The notes beneath the pieces are model-generated. The model searched no databases. It saw only the letters and a list, made by a program, of their open reading frames with translations, and was not told the DNA's origin. Of a DNA stretch of 38,892 nucleotides, positions 17,354-26,620 are shown one piece after another. The number at the start of each line of letters is the position of its first letter. Position 1 is the first letter of the stretch. Location of the stretch: the NCBI GenBank assembly GCA_026986575.1, contig JALSOH010000008.1, forward strand, positions 1-38,892, read 5' to 3'. A program made the position numbers and the translations under genes. Source of the DNA: Thermoproteota archaeon. GTDB taxonomy: Archaea > Korarchaeota > Korarchaeia > Korarchaeales > Korarchaeaceae.

Positions 17354-19111
17354 TTGATAGAGCCGAGGAGGGAGATCAAGCGAAAGGAGGAGAGGGTAAA
17401 GCTCTTCAGGGTGGCCAAGAGATACGGGAAACTGGAGATATTGTCGATGATAGCCGGCGCCATCTCAGGACTGGCAGCGGTCTCCTTGGACTTCGCGATA
17501 GAGGTTTTCAGGGACTTCCTCGAGTACTTGGAGAGCGCCTACATGCTGGGTCCCCTGGATATAGGTCTAATCCTGGCTCCCACGCTGGGAGGCCTGGTCT
17601 CCGGCATAATAACTTGGAGGATAGCTCCCGAGGTGAGGGGGCACGGCATCCCCAACGTTCTCGAATCCTTCCTCCACAGGCAGGGTATCATAAGGCCCAG
17701 GGTGCCCATAGCCAGGATCCTCTCCTCCGGCGCCCTCATCGGACTGGGGGGGAGCGCAGGAAGGGAGGGACCGGTCGGACAGGTAGGGGCGGGCCTCGGC
17801 TCCTTCCTGGCTCAGGTCTTCAGGCTGCCCGTTCGACCCAGGCGAATCCTGCTGATCTCCGGTCTCTCGGCCGGCATAGCCGCGGCCTTCGACGCTCCCC
17901 TCGGCGGCGTCCTCTTCGGAGTGGAGGTCCTGACCGGTTCCGTTCACCCTGTGGAGTTGATCCCAGCCTTTCTGGCCTCGATCTCGGCCGTGTCCGTTTC
18001 GTGGACCTTGAGGGGGGCCAAGCCCATAATATCGATACCATCGCTCCCGCTCCCCAATCCCATCGAGCTCATCCTGCTCTTGGGCCTGGGTGCAACGGTC
18101 GCCTTGGTATCCAGATTGTGGGTTGACGCCCTTTACGGGGCCGAGGACAGGTTCCGGGAGCTCAAGCTTCCTGAATGGTTGAAACCATCGCTGGGCGGGC
18201 TCGGAACCGGCCTGATAGCCTACTGGTCCTTGGGCTGGGGGATAATGGGGCCCGGGTTCGACGGGCTCAACAGGATCCTCTCGGGGCAGGGATGGCTCGA
18301 GTTCCTCCTGCTCCTCGCGTTCCTCAAGCTGATGGCCACATCCCTGTCGATAGGGTCAGGAGGCTCGGGAGGGATATTCACCCCCACGCTCTTCATAGGA
18401 GCCGCGGTGGGCGCTGCCTACGGGCACGTCCTCCACTCCCTTAACCCCACCCTCTTCCCCCACCCCGAGCTGTTCGCCGTCGCTGGCATGGCCGCCCACT
18501 TCACCGCAGCTGCGAGGGCCCCACTCACGGCCGTCGTCCTAGTCACGGAGCTGGCTAGGAGCTACGCACTGATCCCTGCTCTGATAGCTTCGTGCGCCAC
18601 CTCTTACTTCCTCTCCCTCTTCCTGCTCAGGAGCACCATGTACACTAGGGAGCTGGAGGAGAAAGGTGAGAGGGTATTCCAGGTCGGGATGGAGACGCTG
18701 GACAGGGTGAGGGTGGATGACGTGATGGTCAAAAGCGTTGTCACGGTCACTCCGGACAGGAGCTTGGAGGAGGTTCACGATATGATGCTCCACACCCACC
18801 ACATGGGCTTCCCGGTAGTGGACTCTGAGGGGAACCTGAAGGGCATGGTGACCTTCGAGGACCTCATGAGGGTTCACAGGAGGCTCTGGCCGAAGGTCAA
18901 GGTTGAGGCGGTTATGAGAGGGAGGATACTGAGCGTTAGGCCTGACGACACGGTCCACACCGCCGTGGAGAAGATGCTGAGGTGCGGGGTGGGCAGGCTG
19001 CCGGTCATCAACGACGGCAAGCTGGTGGGACTCATAACCAAGACAGATGTACTGAAGGCCTACGGGAAGGCCGTGTCCATGAAGGACCTGGATGAGGCCG
19101 CATCGATCTGA
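17354..19111 (+). CDS. ClC chloride channel/antiporter family protein with two CBS domains
   Basis: GHGIP, GREGP (gating Glu), GVLFGVE, GIFTP and MY motifs; C-terminal CBS pair (GFPVVD, RLPVI). Confidence 0.95.
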   Translation: MIEPRREIKRKEERVKLFRVAKRYGKLEILSMIAGAISGLAAVSLDFAIEVFRDFLEYLESAYMLGPLDIGLILAPTLGGLVSGIITWRIAPEVRGHGIPNVLESFLHRQGIIRPRVPIARILSSGALIGLGGSAGREGPVGQVGAGLGSFLAQVFRLPVRPRRILLISGLSAGIAAAFDAPLGGVLFGVEVLTGSVHPVELIPAFLASISAVSVSWTLRGAKPIISIPSLPLPNPIELILLLGLGATVALVSRLWVDALYGAEDRFRELKLPEWLKPSLGGLGTGLIAYWSLGWGIMGPGFDGLNRILSGQGWLEFLLLLAFLKLMATSLSIGSGGSGGIFTPTLFIGAAVGAAYGHVLHSLNPTLFPHPELFAVAGMAAHFTAAARAPLTAVVLVTELARSYALIPALIASCATSYFLSLFLLRSTMYTRELEEKGERVFQVGMETLDRVRVDDVMVKSVVTVTPDRSLEEVHDMMLHTHHMGFPVVDSEGNLKGMVTFEDLMRVHRRLWPKVKVEAVMRGRILSVRPDDTVHTAVEKMLRCGVGRLPVINDGKLVGLITKTDVLKAYGKAVSMKDLDEAASI

Positions 19112-19161
19112 TCCACCGCGAAACCTTAAATGGAGGTATAATCATATGTTCGGGGTTGCCC

Positions 19162-19320
19162 ATGGGAAGGTGCGCCCTCTGCGGCAGGGAGAACGTCAGC
19201 CTCCTCTGGGCGGTTCACAAGAAGAAGGGCGGTATTTGGGTCTGTGCCGAGTGCTGGAAGTACCTGTTCGAGGAGAACCTGCTCGTCTCTGGTTCCGGGG
19301 AGTCGGGATGCGGTTGCTGA
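19162..19320 (+). CDS. Small Cys-rich zinc-finger-like protein (52 aa), not in the ORF track
   Basis: Manual translation MGRCALCGRENVSLLWAVHKKKGGIWVCAECWKYLFEENLLVSGSGESGCGC*; two CxxC motifs plus terminal CGC; host-like codons; TATA-like cttaaa upstream. Confidence 0.75.
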   Translation: MGRCALCGRENVSLLWAVHKKKGGIWVCAECWKYLFEENLLVSGSGESGCGC

Positions 19321-19393
19321 TAGCGGGATGGCAATTTCCTAGCGGGTCCAAACAGGTAAGTGAGCTCAGGTCCTTCTCCCCTCCTTGCATTCA

Positions 19394-19777
19394 TCAATCA
19401 TCCGCTCCGCCCACGCGATCGCCACCCACCAGTGAGAATATGACCTCCCTCAATTCCCCAGCCATTTCCACGTACGAAGAGGCGAGTTCCCTGTTGAACG
19501 AGAAGGCCCTATGATCCGCGAGCTTCCTGGCTGCGTAGAGGCCCATGTACCTGTTCCTCACCTCCTTGGCCCTCTTCTCACCTAGCTTCTTGGAGAGGAC
19601 CCTCTCTAGTGCATTAGCTATTTTATCGTCCTTACTAGTCTTGAGGCCCTTAAGCACGGATTCCGCGGCCAATCTAACGGAGAAATAGGATGCGCTGACT
19701 GCCTTGTTGTAGCACCCCACTTCCAAGTCCTTGAGGGCCTCATCCCAGAGCACGTCGGACTTTCCCCTTAGATCCAA
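19394..19777 (-). CDS. HEPN-domain protein (putative RNase toxin)
   Basis: YNKAVSASYFSV HEPN helix and an intact Rx4H motif (RKLADH). Confidence 0.88.
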   Translation of the reverse strand: MDLRGKSDVLWDEALKDLEVGCYNKAVSASYFSVRLAAESVLKGLKTSKDDKIANALERVLSKKLGEKRAKEVRNRYMGLYAARKLADHRAFSFNRELASSYVEMAGELREVIFSLVGGDRVGGADD

Positions 19778-20069
19778 GTCTCTTTCCCCCTAGGAGCAGG
19801 AACGCCTCCACAGCACCCTCGTCCTCCTCAGGGACCACCAGGGGATTCACCCCTTCCGGCGCCACCGATGCCACCCTCTCCAGGTCCCCCTCCCTGATCT
19901 CATCAAGCACGACCAGCACGTTGGAGTCGTACAGGAGCTCCTCCTCCGAGGGCAGGGCTATCACCGAGACCAGCCTGCCCCCCATGATCGACTCCAGCTT
20001 GGACACGAAGAGCTGAACCCTCTCCCTCCAGTCCTTGGGAGATCTCAGGTTGATGGCTACCGAGTACAT
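19740..20069 (-). CDS. Degenerate minimal nucleotidyltransferase (MNT)-like antitoxin
   Basis: MNT layout (helix, VSVIAL, YDSNVLVVLD, VNPLVV) but no GS or DxD; overlaps the HEPN start. Start 20069 (ATG after GGAGG) or 20093. Confidence 0.7.
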   Translation of the reverse strand: MYSVAINLRSPKDWRERVQLFVSKLESIMGGRLVSVIALPSEEELLYDSNVLVVLDEIREGDLERVASVAPEGVNPLVVPEEDEGAVEAFLLLGGKRLGSKGKVRRALG

Positions 20070-20214
20070 CCTCCCATGGAGACCTGAGGGCATCCATTAA
20101 TAACGTAACTCGAGGATCTGGGACGGGGTATCTCGGACAGCAGCCACTCCTATTGGCCGGAAATCGTACCTTAAAGTTAAAATCTAGTCCTCTCTAGAGG
20201 GTAGAGGTAGGGAA

Positions 20215-20613
20215 ATGCCGGAGTGCAAGGTCTCGATCTTGGTGGCCCTGCCTACGGTGATGCTCGTCTTCCTAATCGTCGGTGGGGTTCACCTCCTGAC
20301 CATGGACCAGCTACACAAGGACGTCAAGAAACTGGAGGTCATAGACAGGGAGATATTCTACTTGGATACCAAGATAGAGCAGCTGAGGCAGATGATAGCT
20401 CCCGTGGTGCTCAGGGGCTTCTGGATCAGGAACACCACAGAGGGCGTGGAGGTGCTTTACAGGGACAGGGTGGTCTGGAAGGGCGATCCTAGGACGATAA
20501 ACACCACTTACACGGTAAAGTACTTCGGGAAGGTCGTCCTAACCAACAGGGACGGGAGGGTGTTGGTCACCACCACGGACGGGGTGTTCAAGTACTACCC
20601 CAAGGGGGAGTGA
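20215..20613 (+). CDS. Membrane-anchored hypothetical protein; probably the 5' half of a TGA-interrupted gene
   Basis: N-terminal TM helix, heptad-like segment and beta-rich region; same frame as the next ORF with one TGA between them. Confidence 0.7.
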   Translation: MPECKVSILVALPTVMLVFLIVGGVHLLTMDQLHKDVKKLEVIDREIFYLDTKIEQLRQMIAPVVLRGFWIRNTTEGVEVLYRDRVVWKGDPRTINTTYTVKYFGKVVLTNRDGRVLVTTTDGVFKYYPKGE

Positions 20614-20646
20614 GATGAGGGATCGGCCTACTTCGTCGACTACGTC

Positions 20647-21021
20647 ATGAAGAAGCTGAAACCTCTGATCGAAGCCTCCAACGATAAGAAGGCCGAAAGG
20701 CATGAACTTCAGGAGAAGATATCGAGGACGAGGCAGGACCCCTACGTCCTCGTGTTCTTGGCTATGCCGCTGGTCTCGATACTGGCGATGTACACGATCC
20801 TCTCCAAGGTCGGCCTAGGCAAGGACTACGCCGAGCTCTTCAAGAGCCCCTACATGACCCTCCCGACCGCCATGGTCTACCTGATCCTCATCTACCTGAC
20901 CTACCTCTACCACACCGGGACGCTCCTACCGGTCCACATCTTCTTGGTACTGTACGCCCTCCTGTCTATACCCTCGATAGCGGCCCTGCTCCTCTACTAC
21001 CACGAGGCCTGCGCCGAGTGA
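20647..21021 (+). CDS. Three-TM membrane protein; probably the 3' half of a TGA-interrupted gene
   Basis: Charged helix followed by three hydrophobic segments; the frame is open from 20614. Confidence 0.65.
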   Translation: MKKLKPLIEASNDKKAERHELQEKISRTRQDPYVLVFLAMPLVSILAMYTILSKVGLGKDYAELFKSPYMTLPTAMVYLILIYLTYLYHTGTLLPVHIFLVLYALLSIPSIAALLLYYHEACAE

Positions 21022-21076
21022 GCTGTCCCTCCTCCGCAATCCCCACCCTTATTAGATTCAGAATTCCCGCTACGTT

Positions 21077-21802
21077 ATGGACAAGCCATTCCTCCACCAG
21101 CTGAGCTACGAGGAGGCTCGAGATTATTTTTCTAGGAGGGACCTCGTCATCCTTCCAGTGGGATCGGTCGAGCAGCACGGGCCGGCCAATCCCCTCGGCA
21201 CGGACATGCTGATAGCCCAGGACTTGGCTAGGGAGGTAGCATCCAGATCGGGGATCATCTCCCTGCCGGTCATACCCTTCGGGATATCCTTCCACCACAT
21301 GGGCTTCCCCGGGACGATCACGGTCAGCGAGGAGTCCCTTGCCAGTTACGTGCTCGATGTGTTGAGATCCCTCTCCAGGTGGGGGGTGAAGAAGGTGCTG
21401 GTGGTCAACGGCCACGGCGGGAACCTCCCCACCTTGCAGATAGTGGCGAGGAAGGCCATGGATGAACTGGGGATCAGGGTCTACATCTACCAGTGGTGGA
21501 CCTCTGGCTCCAAGATGCTTGCGGAGCTCTTCAGCGAGGACGAGAGGGGTCACGCATCGGGAGCGGAGACATCTCTGAACATGCACCTCCACCCGGAGCT
21601 GGTCAGGACCGAGAGGCTCGTCGATGAGGAGCCAAAGGGATCGTTTGAGGCCCGGGTCTATCGATTCGCCTACACGCATGAGATGTCCAGCTCTGGCGTC
21701 TTCGGCAGGCAGAGCTCGGCGACCCGAGAGAGGGGTGCCGCTCTCTTCGAGAAGCTAGTACAGGATCTCTTGGACATAGTGACGGAGTTAGAGGGGGCTT
21801 GA
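21077..21802 (+). CDS. Creatininase/creatinine amidohydrolase family protein
   Basis: LPVGSVEQHG, GTD, SFHHMGFPGTI, VNGHGGN and HASGAETS motifs. Confidence 0.95.
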   Translation: MDKPFLHQLSYEEARDYFSRRDLVILPVGSVEQHGPANPLGTDMLIAQDLAREVASRSGIISLPVIPFGISFHHMGFPGTITVSEESLASYVLDVLRSLSRWGVKKVLVVNGHGGNLPTLQIVARKAMDELGIRVYIYQWWTSGSKMLAELFSEDERGHASGAETSLNMHLHPELVRTERLVDEEPKGSFEARVYRFAYTHEMSSSGVFGRQSSATRERGAALFEKLVQDLLDIVTELEGA

Positions 21803-21857
21803 GTGAGATGGGTGAGGGGAGGTGGGATGGGATGGAATGAGAAGGGAAGTGAGGGAG

Positions 21858-22811
21858 TCACTCCTCTCCAAGTCCGAGGGATTGGAGCCATCCTTTACCT
21901 TTCTTCCCTCTCAGGAGGCCCACTATTCCCCGAGGGAGATACAGTATGGAGACTATCAGCGCTAAGCCGTAGATGAGGGTATAGCCGAAGGGAAGCCAGC
22001 CCCTGAGAACCTCTTCAGCGAGGTAGATAACCACAGCTCCCAGTATGGGTCCCTCTACAGTGTAGAGCCCTCCGAATATCGGCATTATCATCGCGGCGAC
22101 TGATATAGCTACGGAGAAGGCCTCATATGGGTAGACGTATGTGGTGTAGCCAGCATCGAACCCCCCTGCAGCACCGGCTAGTAGGGCGCTCAAGGCAAAG
22201 GCCATAACCTTGTACTTGGTGGGATTTACTCCCAGAACGGATGCCGCGTCCTCGTTCTCCCTTATCGCGGAGAATGCGTAGTTGATCCCGGTCCTCTCCA
22301 GCAGGATGACGAGGAGCACGCTAGTTACCACGAGGCCTAGGATGACGTAGTAGTCAGCTATCACATCGCCCCCGAAAATTGGGGGTACCCCGACTCCCAT
22401 GGCCCCGAAGGTGATGTCCCTAGCATATAGGAAAAGTACCCTCATGGCCTCAGCGAAGGCCAGGGTCGCTATGGAGAAGTAGGCCCCTCTCATCCTGAGG
22501 GTCAGGAAGCCGAGGGCCACAGCCAGAGGGAGGACTGATAGCCCACCTACTAGTGGACCCGCTTCCATCGGAATGCCTAGATAGACGTTAGAGAGGGCAG
22601 CCGCATAGGCCCCTATGCCGAAGAGCGCTGCATGGCCCACACTAAGGTTCCCCGTCCTAGCCAAGATGTCGAAGCTTATGGCCAGCACTACATACTTCAG
22701 GGCACCTATGGCCACCCTAGTGGTGTACTCTCCGCTTAGCAAGGGAAAGACGGCCGCTGCTAGTAGGACAGCGTACGCTAGAGCCCTGCTCTCCTTCCTC
22801 TCCATCTCCAT
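21858..22811 (-). CDS. livM: HAAT (branched-chain amino acid) ABC transporter permease, LivM-type
   Basis: LSVGHAALFGIGAY, LRMRGAYFSIATLAFAE and AIRENEDAASVLGVN motifs. Confidence 0.93.
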   Translation of the reverse strand: MEMERKESRALAYAVLLAAAVFPLLSGEYTTRVAIGALKYVVLAISFDILARTGNLSVGHAALFGIGAYAAALSNVYLGIPMEAGPLVGGLSVLPLAVALGFLTLRMRGAYFSIATLAFAEAMRVLFLYARDITFGAMGVGVPPIFGGDVIADYYVILGLVVTSVLLVILLERTGINYAFSAIRENEDAASVLGVNPTKYKVMAFALSALLAGAAGGFDAGYTTYVYPYEAFSVAISVAAMIMPIFGGLYTVEGPILGAVVIYLAEEVLRGWLPFGYTLIYGLALIVSILYLPRGIVGLLRGKKGKGWLQSLGLGEE

Positions 22812-22815
22812 TCCA

Positions 22816-23685
22816 TCACCTCCCGAACAGCCCCTTAGGTCTCAGGGCAAGCACGGCCACTATCACAGCGAACGCTATTCCCGGAGCGAGGCTCCCACCT
22901 TGAGGCACGAAGGCCCCCACGAAGGCCTCAGCTAGGCCGAGAACCATGCTGGCTACTATCATGCCCAAGTAGCTCCCCATTCCCCCCAGTATCACGACTC
23001 CAAAGGCCTTCAGCGTCAGCTCACCTCCTATGAAGGGATTTATGTAGAGGTTTAGGGTCACCAGAGACCCCGCTACTCCCGCTAGCAGGCTTGCGATGCC
23101 GGAGGTGAGCAGGTAGATCCTATCAACATCTATGCCCATGAGCGAAGCCGCCATGGGGTCCTGACTCACGGACCTCATCGCCCCGCCGAGCTTGGTCCTG
23201 CCTAGGAAGACGAGGAACCCCAAGGTGAAGCCAGTAGCTATCACGAAGGCTATCAGTTTCCCCAGCCCTACGCTCACCGGACCGAGCTGCAGGACCCTCG
23301 AGGCGTAGGGGACCTCTATCTGCCTCATGTCGCTGGTCCAGAGTATGAGCGCTAGGCTCTGGAGAAATATGGAGAATCCGAAGGTCAGGGCGATCTGATT
23401 GTAGGCTGGAGCTCTCAATATCGGTTTCAGGGCAGCTCTGTAGAAGGCTAGCCCGACTAGGAACATCAGAGCGGCGTTGACGGGAATAAAGGTCACGGGA
23501 TCGATGCCAAAGAGCTCCGCCGCCCAGTAGGAGAAGTAGGCAGCAAGCATTATCAGATCCCCGTGGGCGAAGTTCGTCACATCCATGACCCCGAATATCA
23601 GGTTCAGCCCCAAGGTGACTAGCGCGTAGAACCCACCCAGTAAGATGCCGTTCACCACGACCTGCAGCACCAGCTCTGACTGCAT
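22816..23685 (-). CDS. livH: HAAT ABC transporter permease, LivH-type
   Basis: GLNLIFGVMDVTNFAHG, TKLGGAMRSVSQD and VILGGMGS motifs. Confidence 0.94.
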   Translation of the reverse strand: MQSELVLQVVVNGILLGGFYALVTLGLNLIFGVMDVTNFAHGDLIMLAAYFSYWAAELFGIDPVTFIPVNAALMFLVGLAFYRAALKPILRAPAYNQIALTFGFSIFLQSLALILWTSDMRQIEVPYASRVLQLGPVSVGLGKLIAFVIATGFTLGFLVFLGRTKLGGAMRSVSQDPMAASLMGIDVDRIYLLTSGIASLLAGVAGSLVTLNLYINPFIGGELTLKAFGVVILGGMGSYLGMIVASMVLGLAEAFVGAFVPQGGSLAPGIAFAVIVAVLALRPKGLFGR

Positions 23686-23729
23686 CGCTCGATTCCCTCT
23701 CCCTTACCTGAAAAAGGTGAGGTGGAGGG

Positions 23730-24959
23730 TCAGCCCCTCTCGGACCACCTGGGGACGGGGTAGATCAGCTCCCCCGTCTTGTACTCTTCGGGATAGAGGA
23801 TTGCCACCTTGCCGCCTTGCCACTGCACAACAAACAGCTTGTCCACGACCTGATGGAGCGTCCTCCCCGTCTGCTTGAACTTCACGGTCCCCAGCGGGGA
23901 CTTGATCTCCACCTTCTCCAGCGCGCTGATCAGCTTCTCCTTGTCAAGGCTCTTGGCGTCCTCTATGGCCTTCACCACCATCTTTATGGCCGTGTAACCG
24001 AAGGGAGCCCAGTATTCAGGTGCCCTTCCGAACTTGGACTCGAACTTCTTGACGAAGGCCTTGGCCTCCGGTGTGTTCAGGTAGGGGGACCACACATCCA
24101 CGCCAGCCACGTAGTCGCCTATGTCCTTCGGGTAGTTCGGGAACTCGGGGGCGACTATGAAGATGAGCTTCGGGTTGAAGTCGTTCTCCTTGGCGTTCCT
24201 GAAGAACACTGGGTAGTCACCCGGATACCCGACTATGTAGAAGACGTCGGGATTCTCCTGCTTGGCCTTGAGGATGACGGAGGAGAAGTCGGAGCTCCCG
24301 GTCTTGAAGGCCTCTCCCACCACCTTCCACGGAGCGTTCTTCTCCCTGCTCAGGTTCACGAAGTACTCGTAGCTGGTGGTGCCGTACACGCCGTCCTCAT
24401 AGGCGACGAAGATCTTCTTCGGGACCTCCTTCATGTGGCTCAGGAAGTAATCGATGACCGTGCCCTGCCTGTGGTAGTCCCACGGGTGCATGTGGAAGAA
24501 CCACCTCTCCATGCCTACCAGCTGCTCCACCTTCACCGAGGACGCTCCCAGCACGAACACCAGCGGCTTGTAGTTCTTTATGGCGTTCATGGAGGCGTAA
24601 GTGACCGTGGAGGAGTAGAAACCTATGATTATCGGGACCTTTTCCTTGGTGATCAGGTCGGTCGCTCCAGTTATCGCGGTATTGGGGTCGCCCTTTGTGT
24701 CCCTTATCACCAGCTCCACCGGCTTGCCCAGAACACCACCGTTAGCATTTATCTCCTCCACCGCCATCTTCATGCCCCTCAGGGCTTCCTGACCTGCTGA
24801 CGCGTACGAAGCGGTGCTCAACGGTAGTATCACACCCAACCGGATCTTATCCGGCAGGCCCCCTCCAGCACCGGGGGCCTGTCCAGACATGAGCACGTAG
24901 GCCCCCGCGACCACCACGATCAAAATGACGATTGCAGCAGCTGCAACTTTCATGTCCAT
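23730..24959 (-). CDS. livK: HAAT ABC transporter substrate-binding protein (LivJ/K-like), N-terminally anchored
   Basis: N-terminal TM helix, GVILPLS, AVEEINANGGVLGKPVELVIRD and DFSSVILKAK motifs. Confidence 0.93.
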   Translation of the reverse strand: MDMKVAAAAIVILIVVVAGAYVLMSGQAPGAGGGLPDKIRLGVILPLSTASYASAGQEALRGMKMAVEEINANGGVLGKPVELVIRDTKGDPNTAITGATDLITKEKVPIIIGFYSSTVTYASMNAIKNYKPLVFVLGASSVKVEQLVGMERWFFHMHPWDYHRQGTVIDYFLSHMKEVPKKIFVAYEDGVYGTTSYEYFVNLSREKNAPWKVVGEAFKTGSSDFSSVILKAKQENPDVFYIVGYPGDYPVFFRNAKENDFNPKLIFIVAPEFPNYPKDIGDYVAGVDVWSPYLNTPEAKAFVKKFESKFGRAPEYWAPFGYTAIKMVVKAIEDAKSLDKEKLISALEKVEIKSPLGTVKFKQTGRTLHQVVDKLFVVQWQGGKVAILYPEEYKTGELIYPVPRWSERG

Positions 24960-25100
24960 AAAATCACCACCCTTCAGAGCGGGCAGACCTTAAGGAGTCG
25001 GGAAAAACTTAAAGGCTTCGGCATCTTCCTTAAGGTCTGGAGTGGTATTTAGCCTATCAGCGATACTAGCGATGCGCTGAGTGTATAGGGGGTCGTCAAA

Positions 25101-25892
25101 ATGACGGGAGGCATAGTGGCGCTGAGGGACCTGAATGTAGATCCGGACTCTCTGGACAGCGTCATAGAGGTGGTGGACATCCACAAGTACTTCGGAGGGT
25201 TGAAGGCCCTCAAGGGCGTCTCCTTCCATGTAAAGCCTAGGGAGGTGCTGGGGATAATTGGGCCGAACGGCGCCGGCAAGACGACGCTTTTCAACGTCAT
25301 CACCGGCTTCCTCAGGCCCGACAGGGGTAGGGTCATCTACTTGGGCCACGACATCACGGGTAGGAGGCCCCATTACCTGAGCAAGCTAGGTATAGCTAGG
25401 ACCTTTCAGATAGCCAAGCCATTCGAAGGGATGAGCACGCTGGAGAACGTCCTTATAGGACTTCTTTTCGCGAAGAGGGGAAGGAACGGATTTAGAGTCG
25501 GTATGAGCGATCTGGTTCAAGAGGCTAGGAGGATCTTGGAGGCAGTGGGGCTGGAGCACAAGGCCGATTCCCCGGCCGGTCACCTAACGGTGGTCGAGAG
25601 GAAGAGGCTGGAGTTGGCGAGGGTTCTAGCAATAGAGCCGACGGTCCTCTTGTTAGACGAGGTAATGGCCGGGCTGAGCAGTCAGGAGGTGGAGTGGGAG
25701 GTGGACCTCCTCAAGAGGATAAAGGAGGAGAAGGACCTGACGGTGGTGATGATAGAGCACGTGATGAAGGCCATAATGAGCTTCAGCGATCGCTTGGTGG
25801 TGCTACACCACGGCGAGAAGATAGCTGAGGGAAGACCGGAGGAGGTGGCCAGGGATCCGAAGGTGGTCGAGGCCTACTTGGGTGAGGACTAG
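25101..25892 (+). CDS. livG: HAAT ABC transporter ATP-binding protein, LivG-type
   Basis: GPNGAGKTT, GIARTFQ, LLLDEVMAGL, IEH and DPKVVEAYLG motifs. Confidence 0.95.
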   Translation: MTGGIVALRDLNVDPDSLDSVIEVVDIHKYFGGLKALKGVSFHVKPREVLGIIGPNGAGKTTLFNVITGFLRPDRGRVIYLGHDITGRRPHYLSKLGIARTFQIAKPFEGMSTLENVLIGLLFAKRGRNGFRVGMSDLVQEARRILEAVGLEHKADSPAGHLTVVERKRLELARVLAIEPTVLLLDEVMAGLSSQEVEWEVDLLKRIKEEKDLTVVMIEHVMKAIMSFSDRLVVLHHGEKIAEGRPEEVARDPKVVEAYLGED

Positions 25893-25893
25893 G

Positions 25894-26598
25894 ATGCTGG
25901 AGATAAGGGGCCTGAATGCCGGTTACGGGGAAGTCCAGGTGCTCTGGGACGTCAGCCTGAGAGTGGAGAAGGGGGAGATAGTCTCCCTCATAGGCGCCAA
26001 CGGGGCGGGCAAGACAACCACCCTCAGGAGCGTTATGGGTATAGTGAAGCCGTTCAGGGGGGAGATAGTGTTCAACGGCCGGGATATAACTGGCCTGCCC
26101 ACCCACCGGATAGTGAGGATGGGTCTCTCCTTGGTGCCAGAGGGCAGGCACCTCTTCCCCAAGATGACAGTCATGGATAACCTGAGGATGGGCGCCTACG
26201 CGGTGGATGGCTCCAAGTACCGGGACCTCTTGGAGAGGGTTTTCCAGATATTTCCTGTCCTCAAGGAGAGGAAGGATCAGCTTGCCTCGACCCTGAGCGG
26301 AGGGGAACAGCAGATGCTGGCCATAGCTAGGGGACTGATGAGCGATCCACAGGTACTCATGCTGGACGAGCCCTCCTTGGGCCTGGCGCCCAAGATAGTG
26401 AAGAGAGTGATGAAGGTAGTCTCGGAGATAAGGGAGGAGGGCGTGACCATCCTGCTGGTGGAACAGAACGCCAAGATCTCATTGGAGATATCCGACAGGG
26501 GGTATGTGCTCGAGACTGGTAGGGTGGTCTTGGAGGGGGGCAGTGAGGAACTGCTGAGGAACGAGCATGTCAGAAGGGCTTATCTAGGACTTATGTGA
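25894..26598 (+). CDS. livF: HAAT ABC transporter ATP-binding protein, LivF-type
   Basis: GANGAGKTT, VPEGR, LSGGEQQMLA, LDEPSLGLAP and VEQN motifs. ATG 25894 (track start is GTG 25882). Confidence 0.95.
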   Translation: MLEIRGLNAGYGEVQVLWDVSLRVEKGEIVSLIGANGAGKTTTLRSVMGIVKPFRGEIVFNGRDITGLPTHRIVRMGLSLVPEGRHLFPKMTVMDNLRMGAYAVDGSKYRDLLERVFQIFPVLKERKDQLASTLSGGEQQMLAIARGLMSDPQVLMLDEPSLGLAPKIVKRVMKVVSEIREEGVTILLVEQNAKISLEISDRGYVLETGRVVLEGGSEELLRNEHVRRAYLGLM

Positions 26599-26620
26599 GA
26601 TCCTCATCTTAGGGATCGAC

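Noticed and set aside
17344-18126. Long alternative-frame ORFs (this one, and similar ones at 5380-6045, 20966-21679, 23817-24800, 31378-31935)
   Set aside because: Shadow ORFs overlapping well-supported genes in GC-rich DNA.
19092-19514. 140-aa ORF in the track
   Set aside because: Overlaps the ClC end and the HEPN gene; the 52-aa Cys-rich ORF in another frame is more protein-like.
19318-20613. Selenocysteine recoding at the two notable TGA codons
   Set aside because: No SECIS identified, no Sec machinery in the window, and the 20611 context is not a redox motif.
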